Positions 15,137-22,119 of a stretch of DNA of 24,000 bases are shown in pieces. Under the pieces are notes generated by a model. It was not told the DNA's origin, did no database searches, and saw only the letters and a program-made list of their open reading frames with translations. This DNA is from an uncultured Acidimicrobiales bacterium (GTDB lineage: Bacteria > Actinomycetota > Acidimicrobiia > Acidimicrobiales > UBA10347). The stretch spans positions 3,974 through 27,973 of the forward strand of contig CALDGN010000050.1 in assembly GCA_937942965.1 (NCBI GenBank), read 5' to 3'. Positions within the stretch are counted from its first letter, which is position 1. Each line of letters starts with the position of its first letter. Both the position numbers and the translations under genes were made by a program.

Positions 15137-15553
15137 TCAGCGAACGCTGTCGCGGTTCGCCATCGCTTCGAGCAGTGCGAGCGCCATCGTTGGTTCGGCC
15201 TTGAGCGCGGCTGCGAGGGCCGGGCGTCCGAGTGCGAAGACGGTCGACTCGGTGACCGCGTTGACGTCGGCGTTGCGGGGCTCGTTGCGGAGCAAGGCCA
15301 TCTCGCCAACGAAGTCGCCTGAGCCGAGGCGTGCGACCTTTGCGCCGTCACGGACGACGTCGACGTCGCCTTCGAGGATCAGGAAGAACGCGGCGCCCTT
15401 GCTCCCCTGCTTGATGGGGGTTGCGCCCTCCTTCCACGGGAGGACTTTGCCGAGCTTGGCGATCGTGCGCCGTTGCTTGAGCGTTGCCTGAGAGAAGAGT
15501 GGGACGCCCGCCAACTGTTCTGCCAATGCCTTGTCTGAGGGTGCTGAAGCCAT
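15137..15553 (-). CDS. stand-alone cyclic-nucleotide-binding (CNB/Crp-type effector) domain protein
   Basis: 138 aa. The phosphate-binding cassette reads GDFVGEMALLRNEPRNADVNA, with FFLILEGDV upstream. There is no DNA-binding or other output domain. Confidence 0.85.
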   Translation of the reverse strand: MASAPSDKALAEQLAGVPLFSQATLKQRRTIAKLGKVLPWKEGATPIKQGSKGAAFFLILEGDVDVVRDGAKVARLGSGDFVGEMALLRNEPRNADVNAVTESTVFALGRPALAAALKAEPTMALALLEAMANRDSVR

Positions 15554-15589
15554 GGCCGCCGATCCTAGGTCACGGCGGCGCTGCCACGT

Positions 15590-15631
15590 GCCGAACCTGC
15601 GATTGCCTGCAAGGGCCGAACCTGCGATTGC
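15590..15631. repeat. perfect 17-nt direct repeat with 25-nt period
   Basis: GCCGAACCTGCGATTGC occurs at 15590-15606 and 15615-15631, separated by CTGCAAGG. It lies between the Zincin_1 stop (15640) and the CNB gene start (15553). Confidence 0.9.
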
Positions 15632-15639
15632 GAAGAGAA

Positions 15640-15984
15640 TCAGTCCCAGCCGAGTTCGTGGAGGCGGTCGTCGTCGATGCCGAAATGGTGGGCGACTTCG
15701 TGGACGACGGTGATGAGGACTTCGTCGCGCACCTGTTCGTGGGAGTCGCAGATCGCGCAGATGCCTTGGCGGTAGATGAAGATCCGGTCGGGGAATTCGC
15801 CCATGCCGTATTGGTCGCGTTCGGTGAGGGGCACGCCGTCGTAGAGGCCGAGCAGGTCGGCGGGGTCGCCATGTTCTTCGACGAGAAATACGACGTTGTC
15901 GATGAGGGCGAAGAGGTCGTCGGGGATCAGGTCGATGGCTTCGCTGACGAGCGCTTCGAAACGTTGCACCGGGACATCGATCAT
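15640..15984 (-). CDS. Zincin_1-type metallopeptidase family protein
   Basis: 114 aa with a HExxH motif (VVHEVAHHFG) near the C-terminus. The size and layout are typical of the small actinobacterial metallopeptidase family (PF06262-like). Confidence 0.78.
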   Translation of the reverse strand: MIDVPVQRFEALVSEAIDLIPDDLFALIDNVVFLVEEHGDPADLLGLYDGVPLTERDQYGMGEFPDRIFIYRQGICAICDSHEQVRDEVLITVVHEVAHHFGIDDDRLHELGWD

Positions 15985-16058
15985 GCGTTGTCAGCTTGCC
16001 ACAGCGACCAACCGGAGCGGTCCTGGCCTGTCACACCGGGCAGGTAGGGTCGGCCGTC

Positions 16059-18077
16059 ATGGATGACCGCTCCGACGAGTTGCTGGAAGGCCTCGATCAG
16101 ACTCAACACGATGCGGTGTCATCGACCGGCAATCCGCTGGCGATTCTTGCTGGCGCTGGCAGCGGCAAGACCCGTGTACTCACGCGCCGCATTGCGCACC
16201 GTGTGTCGACCGGGTCGATGGATCCCCGTCGCACGATGGCGGTCACGTTTACCCGCAAGGCGGCGAGCGAGCTTCGTCATCGCCTGCGTGGCCTGGGGCT
16301 GCGTGACGACATCACGACGGGCACGTTCCACTCGCTGGCGTACGCCCAGCTCCACGAGCGTTGGGCCGAGCGCAATGTTCGCCCGCCCGAGATGCTCGAC
16401 CGCAAGTTCGGCGTAATCGCTGGGCTGCTTGGTCGCCGCTCGGATACCTCGATGATTCTCGATGTGATGAGCGAGCTCGAATGGATCGTGGCTCGCAACA
16501 TCCCGCTCGACGCGTATGCGTTCGAGGCCGATCGCCATGGCCGTACATCGCCGCTTCCGCCGGCGGATCTCATCCAGACGGCCAAGCGGTACAACGAAGA
16601 GAAGCGTCGCATGCGCGTCGTCGACTTCGATGATCTGCTCACGCTGGCGATCCGTGACATCGAGACCGACCCCGAGTTCGCTTCGATCATTCGTTGGCGC
16701 CATCGCCACCTGTTCGTTGACGAGTTCCAAGACGTCAACCCGTTGCAGTTCCGATTGCTGCAGGCATGGCTCGGCAACGAGCCAGATCTCTGCGTGGTCG
16801 GCGACCCGAATCAGGCCATTTATGCATGGAACGGTGCCGACTCGTGGTACCTGCGACGGTTCGAGAAGCACTTCCCCAGCGCGACGGTCATCAAGCTCGG
16901 GCATAACTATCGGTCGACGCCTGAGATCATCACTGCGGGCCACGCCGTGCTCCCGAAACCCGACCGCGAGGCGGAACCGCCTGCGACAGACCGAGCATCG
17001 GGCGAGGATCCGGTCATCGTGCGCCATGCCGACGCCGACACCGAAGCAGTCGCCATCGCCCGGGCCTTGCGCGATCACACCAAGCCGGGCACGGCGTGGT
17101 CACAACAGGCCGTGCTGGTCCGCACCAATGCCCAGGTCGCGCTCTTGGCGACGGCGCTGGAGCGAGCCCGGATTCCACACCGGGTCCGAGGCAAGTCGGC
17201 GCTGGTGGACACGCCCGAGGTCAAGACCTTGATGCGTCAGCTGCGCCAGACCATCGTGCCGTTGACCGAGGCGCTGCCTGATCTTCGAGCTGCGATCCAG
17301 CCATCAGGCGATGTTTCCTCCGGCGCGGGTGGCGGCGGTGCCGATGTGTCGACCGCCGAAGCGGAGCGGCAGCGAAACCGCGAAGCCCTCTTCCAGCTCG
17401 CGACCGATCATGCGGCGTCGTTCCCGAACGCAAGCGGCATCGACTTCGCCAACTGGCTCGCCGCCACGGCTCGCAAAGAAGCGTTCGATGTCAGCGTCGA
17501 TGCCGTCGATGTCATGACGTTCCACGCGGCCAAGGGTCTCGAGTGGAATGTCGTGCACCTCGCCGGGCTCGAGTCGGGCTACGTGCCGATTGCCCAGGCC
17601 AATGGTCCGGCGGCTCTCAGCGAAGAACGCCGCTTGCTGCATGTCGCCATCACTCGCGCACGAGACAAGGTCTTGCTGAACTGGGCCGAACGGCGAACGT
17701 TTGGGCAGCGGTCCTCCAAGCGGAACCGGTCGCCGTACTTGGACCACATCGATGGCGGCGACGGCTCAAGCGCGGGCTTCGATGCCCAGCCAGAGACGCG
17801 CAAGAACCGGGCCAAGCAAAATCTGTCCAAGATGCGCGACAACCTCGAGAACTCCGAGCCCGACTCACCGCTGTATCTCGAGCTCAAAGAATGGCGGTTG
17901 GCGACGGCGCAAGAGAACGACGTGCCGGCCTACGTGGTCTTCAACAACAAGACACTGGCCGAGATCGCCGAAGTACAGCCGACGACCGAAGAAGAGCTGT
18001 TGTCGTGCAGCGGTGTCGGCCCAGCCAAGATCAGCAAGTACGGCGACGAAGTGCTGGACCTCATCCGCAACCGCTAG
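16059..18077 (+). CDS. UvrD/PcrA-family ATP-dependent DNA helicase with C-terminal HRDC domain (UvrD2-like)
   Basis: Walker A is AGAGSGKTRVLTRR, motif II is VDEFQDVN, and VGDPNQAIY and late motifs TFHAAKGLEW and VAITRAR are present. The C-terminal HRDC reads LYLELKEWRLATAQENDVPAYVVFNNKTLAEIA. I prefer ATG 16059; the track start TTG 15996 would leave only 11 nt to the divergent gene. Confidence 0.92.
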   Translation: MDDRSDELLEGLDQTQHDAVSSTGNPLAILAGAGSGKTRVLTRRIAHRVSTGSMDPRRTMAVTFTRKAASELRHRLRGLGLRDDITTGTFHSLAYAQLHERWAERNVRPPEMLDRKFGVIAGLLGRRSDTSMILDVMSELEWIVARNIPLDAYAFEADRHGRTSPLPPADLIQTAKRYNEEKRRMRVVDFDDLLTLAIRDIETDPEFASIIRWRHRHLFVDEFQDVNPLQFRLLQAWLGNEPDLCVVGDPNQAIYAWNGADSWYLRRFEKHFPSATVIKLGHNYRSTPEIITAGHAVLPKPDREAEPPATDRASGEDPVIVRHADADTEAVAIARALRDHTKPGTAWSQQAVLVRTNAQVALLATALERARIPHRVRGKSALVDTPEVKTLMRQLRQTIVPLTEALPDLRAAIQPSGDVSSGAGGGGADVSTAEAERQRNREALFQLATDHAASFPNASGIDFANWLAATARKEAFDVSVDAVDVMTFHAAKGLEWNVVHLAGLESGYVPIAQANGPAALSEERRLLHVAITRARDKVLLNWAERRTFGQRSSKRNRSPYLDHIDGGDGSSAGFDAQPETRKNRAKQNLSKMRDNLENSEPDSPLYLELKEWRLATAQENDVPAYVVFNNKTLAEIAEVQPTTEEELLSCSGVGPAKISKYGDEVLDLIRNR

Positions 18078-20236
18078 AGATCGAACGGCATGAGCACGAG
18101 GACGACGGTGGCGTCGCAATCGCGCAGGATCCGTTCGACGGTGTGACCCAGGAACGGCTGGCCTTCGGGGCGGCGCAGGTTCGCGCCCATAACGACCAGG
18201 TCGGCTTCGAGTTCTTCGACCAGCGCCAGGATCTCTTCGGCCGGGTCTCCGTTACGCAACGACGTCTTCGGCTCGACGCCAAGTTCTGACGCCATCGCGG
18301 TCGACTGATCGAGGAGGCGACGTCCGGTGGCTTCGTTCGCGAAGTGCTCGCGCATCGGGTGAATCAGGTCGCCGATGATCCCGCTATCACTCGTCGACGT
18401 GACATGGGTCAGGTTGACCGCCGTACCCAAGTTGCGGCCGATGTTGAACGCAATCTCGCTGGCCGCACGAGAGGCCGGTGTACCGGCGACCGGCACAACG
18501 ACCTTGGCGAATGCCGCAGGTAACCCGCGGGCACCCAGGTTGTGGGCCCGGCGGACGAGCACGACCGGGATCCGACTCATCGACAGCACGTCGTCGACGA
18601 GGTTCGAGATGATGACCCCTTCTTCGTCTTTCTCGTTGGCGCCGAGGCCGATGACGCCGAACCCCAACGCGCTCTCGTCGATGATCCGATCGGCGATGTC
18701 GGTAGCGGACACTTCGGTGGTTCGGATCTTGCGGTGCTCGACCTCGCGGCCGTAGAGCGTGTTCATCAGCGGGTCGACGTTGACCTCGTCGGGATCGACG
18801 CCGGTCGTCAGAACGGTCGCCGCTGACTCTTCGGGCCACGCGAAATGCAGCACCTGGGAGGCAGCGATCGAAGCGGGCTTGCCGTTCGACGGGATCAGCA
18901 GGCGCGAGGAACGAACGACGATGTTGCGCTCAAGCGCGGCTTCGCGTTCGAGCCGGGCGACTTCGTCGGCCGAGCCTTCCCAGCCCCGCACGACAAGCCG
19001 AAGGCCGATCGACGCGATCACGCTCGTCACGACGGGCACCAACACGATTGCCGTGAACGCGACGGTGTTGAAGACCCCAACGGCGGCTCCGACCGTCGCG
19101 ATGACGATCTCGAGCGCGCCACGCGCATTGAGGCCTGCGCCCAGCGCAAGCGCTCCTCGTTTCGAACGACCGGCGAGGCGAGCGCCGACGTACGCACCGA
19201 TGAACTTGGCCACGACGGCCACCACGATGATGACGAGCGTCCACAGGATTGCCGTGCGATTGCCGAGCTCGCGAAGATCGACGCGCAGACCAGCGGTGGC
19301 GAAGAAGATCGGGGCGAAGAAGCCGTAGGTCAGGCCCTCGATCAGGTGCAGGGTTTCTTCGTGTTGGAAGCGGCTGCGGTGCAGCACGACGCCAGCGACG
19401 AACGCACCAAGCACGGCCTCGACGCCCAGGCGTTGCGTGACGACACCGAATGCGAGCATCGAGACGATGGCGACCGTCAGCGCGCCGGAGACGCCTGCAT
19501 CGCGTCGGCGAAGCTGACGCAGCGACGCATCGACGACTCGTTGGCCAAGCGTCATGGCAACGCCGACGAAGATCAGGATCGGGACGACCGTGCTCAAGAC
19601 CTGGCCGACGCCGATCTCACCCGAGGTAGCTAGGCCCGTGAACACGCCGAGCAACAACCAGCCGATCACGTCGTTCGCCATGCCAGCGGCGACGGTGATC
19701 TGGCCGAAATCTCGGCGCATCAAGCCGAGTTCGCTCAGGATCTTGGCCACGACGGCCAGCGACGACACGCTCAAGGCCAGCGCGACGAACAGTGCGAAGT
19801 TCACCCGCTCTGCACCAGCAGCGACGAAGACGTCCGGCAGCACGTAGCCGACGACGAGGCCGCCGATCAGCGGCAGGATGAGCGAACCAGCGGTGACCAA
19901 CGCTGCTGGTCGACCGAGCTTGCGGATGAGGTCAAGGTCGGTCTCAAACCCGGTGACGACCAGAAGCAGTGCGACGCCTACCCAAGCGATGCCAAGCAGC
20001 GCGGCGGACTGGACTTCTTCGTGGCCCTCGTTCAGGAACCAGTTGAAGCCGTCGGGCCACACCGTGCCGAACACCGATGGGCCGAGCAACAGTCCAGCGC
20101 CAAGCTCGCCGATGACGCCGGGCAAGCCGATCTTGCGCATCATCCAGCCGAGCGTCCGCGCAAAGACGACGATGACGAAGAGCTGTACCCAGAACACGAG
20201 GAGCTCGTGCTCCTCGATGGGGATGAGTTCAGCCAC
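18074..20236 (-). CDS. CPA2-type cation:proton antiporter fused to tandem universal-stress-protein domains
   Basis: 720 aa with a GTG start. The N-terminal ~400 aa are polytopic Na+/H+-exchanger-like (GLPGVIGELGAGLLLGPSVFG). The C-terminal ~280 aa hold two USP-like modules (LLIPSNGKPAS...; VVPVAGTPASRAA...DLVVMGAN...GHTVERILRDCDATVVLV). Confidence 0.9.
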   Translation of the reverse strand: MAELIPIEEHELLVFWVQLFVIVVFARTLGWMMRKIGLPGVIGELGAGLLLGPSVFGTVWPDGFNWFLNEGHEEVQSAALLGIAWVGVALLLVVTGFETDLDLIRKLGRPAALVTAGSLILPLIGGLVVGYVLPDVFVAAGAERVNFALFVALALSVSSLAVVAKILSELGLMRRDFGQITVAAGMANDVIGWLLLGVFTGLATSGEIGVGQVLSTVVPILIFVGVAMTLGQRVVDASLRQLRRRDAGVSGALTVAIVSMLAFGVVTQRLGVEAVLGAFVAGVVLHRSRFQHEETLHLIEGLTYGFFAPIFFATAGLRVDLRELGNRTAILWTLVIIVVAVVAKFIGAYVGARLAGRSKRGALALGAGLNARGALEIVIATVGAAVGVFNTVAFTAIVLVPVVTSVIASIGLRLVVRGWEGSADEVARLEREAALERNIVVRSSRLLIPSNGKPASIAASQVLHFAWPEESAATVLTTGVDPDEVNVDPLMNTLYGREVEHRKIRTTEVSATDIADRIIDESALGFGVIGLGANEKDEEGVIISNLVDDVLSMSRIPVVLVRRAHNLGARGLPAAFAKVVVPVAGTPASRAASEIAFNIGRNLGTAVNLTHVTSTSDSGIIGDLIHPMREHFANEATGRRLLDQSTAMASELGVEPKTSLRNGDPAEEILALVEELEADLVVMGANLRRPEGQPFLGHTVERILRDCDATVVLVLMPFDL

Positions 20237-20373
20237 GGGTCGCTCTACCCGACGGGGTTGCGCGACAAAGGCAATTCAGAGAGCTGATCGCGACAGTCTC
20301 GCAGACCGGGTCCGTAGAGATGCGACCCGCATCATTGCCACTCGTGCATTCGGCGGGAACACAGGCACCCGGC
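20237..20373 (-). promoter_or_regulatory. 137-nt leader/spacer upstream of the antiporter, with long-range pairing that abuts the start codon
   Basis: gggtcgctctac (20237-20248) is the reverse complement of gtagag(atg)cgaccc (20314-20328), giving 12 bp with a 3-nt bulge. In the minus-strand transcript the 3' arm ends directly at the GUG start. Confidence 0.25.
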
Positions 20374-21159
20374 TCAGATATCGAAATCGGCGTAGAGCGG
20401 CACGTGATCGCTGGGCTTGTTGCCGTCCCACGCCTTGCGGCCGTTGCGATCGACCAGTGCGCCTTGGAGCGTTGCGAGCAGCGGGTCCGTTGCGAGGATC
20501 AGGTCGATGCGAATGCCTTGGCGCTTGTGGAAGCGGCCAGCTGTGTAGTCGTAGTACGTGAACAAGCCGTCAGCGTCGGGATAGAGCTCGCGGAAGGTGT
20601 CCGTCAGGCCCCAGTCTTTGACGGCGGTCAACGCGTCGCGCTCGGGCGCAGTCACGTGGGTCGCACCTTCGAACGCCTTGCGGTCCCACACGTCGTTGTC
20701 TTCGGGCGCAATGTTGAAGTCGCCGAGCAATGCCAGCGGCTGCTTCGGGTCGTGATTCGCGTCGAGGTGCGCCCGCAGCCGGCCGAGCCACTCGAGCTTG
20801 TAGTGATAGTGGTCATGGTCGACCTCGCGGCCGTTCGGGATGTAGAGCGAAGCGACGCGCACGCCGCCGCAGGTCGCCCAGACGGCTCGGGCTTCTTCGT
20901 ACTTGTCAGCGCCATCTTCGAAGTCGGTGACGACATCGTCGAGGCCGACGCGGCTCAAGATGGCAACGCCATTCCAGCGGCCTTCGCCGTGGTGCACGCT
21001 TTCGTAGCCCAATGCGGCGAACGCGTCGGTCGGGAACGCATCTTGTTCGAGCTTGGTCTCTTGCATGCACACCACATCGGGTTGCAGGCGTTCGAGCCAC
21101 TCTTCAACCCGAGGTAGTCGGGCATTGAGCGAGTTCACGTTCCAGCTGGCGATCCGCAT
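20374..21159 (-). CDS. xthA: exodeoxyribonuclease III
   Basis: 261 aa from ATG 21159: MRIASWNVNSLNARLPRVEEWL...CMQETK...GDFNIAP...KPSDHVPLYADFDI. The track ORF (to 21285) adds 42 non-homologous residues. Confidence 0.92.
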   Translation of the reverse strand: MRIASWNVNSLNARLPRVEEWLERLQPDVVCMQETKLEQDAFPTDAFAALGYESVHHGEGRWNGVAILSRVGLDDVVTDFEDGADKYEEARAVWATCGGVRVASLYIPNGREVDHDHYHYKLEWLGRLRAHLDANHDPKQPLALLGDFNIAPEDNDVWDRKAFEGATHVTAPERDALTAVKDWGLTDTFRELYPDADGLFTYYDYTAGRFHKRQGIRIDLILATDPLLATLQGALVDRNGRKAWDGNKPSDHVPLYADFDI

Positions 21160-21182
21160 CGGCGGCGAGCCTACCTGGCTCG

Positions 21183-21212
21183 GAGACACGCTGTTCGAGG
21201 CCGAACTATGGT
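21183..21212 (+). promoter_or_regulatory. putative leaderless-type promoter: GAGACA-N18-TATGGT-N6-ATG
   Basis: The -10-like TATGGT (21207-21212) ends 6 nt before ATG 21219. There is no SD. The -35-like GAGACA (21183-21188) sits at an 18-nt spacing. Confidence 0.35.
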
Positions 21213-21218
21213 TCTCGC

Positions 21219-22025
21219 ATGGGATCGCTACCTCAGCGACGTCCGACCGACTGGGACTGGTTGCGGGCCGAAGTTGCCTCGGCACTCGATGGGTTCATCG
21301 CTCAGTTCGATGGGCTGACCGGAGACGAGCGCGTACCCAACCTTGATTGGACGGTTGCGGAACTCGGAGCGCACCTCGCTTCGCTCCCCGGTGTCTATGC
21401 GGAGCAGCACGACCTCGGCGCGGCGTTCGAACCGCCCCAGGACTGGGCGCAGTTCTCGATTGACTCTCGAGCTTCGATCCCAACCGATGATCTCGGGGTC
21501 GTGGCCGAGCAGATGCGAACCAACATCGCCGGGTTCGTCGATGGCATCGATGACCCCAAGACGCCACGTTGGCTCTACGGGTACGAAACCACCGACGGCA
21601 ACGTGGCGGCAGCGATCCTCGTCGAGCTGATCATGCATGGTCAGGATCTCGGTCGTCTGACCGGAGCCAAACCGGTGCTGGGACGTGACCATGCCCACGC
21701 TGGCCTGCCCAACGTGATGGCAATTGCGCCCTCATTCATCGACCAGGAAAAGGCCCGTCGAGTGGCAGGCACCTACCACTTGGGATTCCGGGGCAACGGC
21801 GGCGATTGGACCTACACGGTTTCGCCCGAAGGTGTGTTGACGGTGACCGAGGGGCGACCTGACCGTGCCGACGCCCGCATGAATGCGGATCCGGCGGCAT
21901 TCCTGCTCGTCTCGCTGGGGCGACTGAACCCCTATGTCGCTGCGCTCAAGGGCCAATCGATCGCCTACGGACGCAAGCCGTGGAAACTGAAAGCACTCGG
22001 TGAGGTCACCGTCGAGGGCGTCTAG
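21219..22025 (+). CDS. MDMPI/DinB-like (mycothiol-dependent maleylpyruvate-isomerase N-terminal domain family) protein with SCP2-like C-terminus
   Basis: 268 aa. The N-terminal part has WTVAELGAHL and a later ELIMHGQDL (DinB-type His positions). The C-terminal part reads ADPAAFLLVSLGRLNPYVAALKGQSIAYGRKPWKL. Confidence 0.72.
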   Translation: MGSLPQRRPTDWDWLRAEVASALDGFIAQFDGLTGDERVPNLDWTVAELGAHLASLPGVYAEQHDLGAAFEPPQDWAQFSIDSRASIPTDDLGVVAEQMRTNIAGFVDGIDDPKTPRWLYGYETTDGNVAAAILVELIMHGQDLGRLTGAKPVLGRDHAHAGLPNVMAIAPSFIDQEKARRVAGTYHLGFRGNGGDWTYTVSPEGVLTVTEGRPDRADARMNADPAAFLLVSLGRLNPYVAALKGQSIAYGRKPWKLKALGEVTVEGV

Positions 22026-22083
22026 CGCTCAATTGGCACCGCCTATCCCCTGCTGATTCCGCGGCACCAATTCTGCCCTATCT

Positions 22084-22113
22084 GGGACAGGCCTTTTGCC
22101 CTCCCCCTAGGCT
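22084..22113 (+). promoter_or_regulatory. putative leaderless-type promoter: GGGACA-N18-TAGGCT-N6-ATG
   Basis: The -10-like TAGGCT (22108-22113) ends 6 nt before the kgd ATG at 22120. There is no SD. The -35-like GGGACA is at 22084-22089. Confidence 0.35.
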
Positions 22114-22119
22114 TGTGTC

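Noticed and set aside
20237-20373. ydaO-type c-di-AMP riboswitch upstream of the cation antiporter.
   Set aside because: Only fragmentary similarity was seen (CCGAAU, ACGGACCC). The conserved GGGGACCCA / GGGGUGAAUC / AGCUAACC blocks I remember for that class are absent. The region is kept only as an unclassified structured leader.
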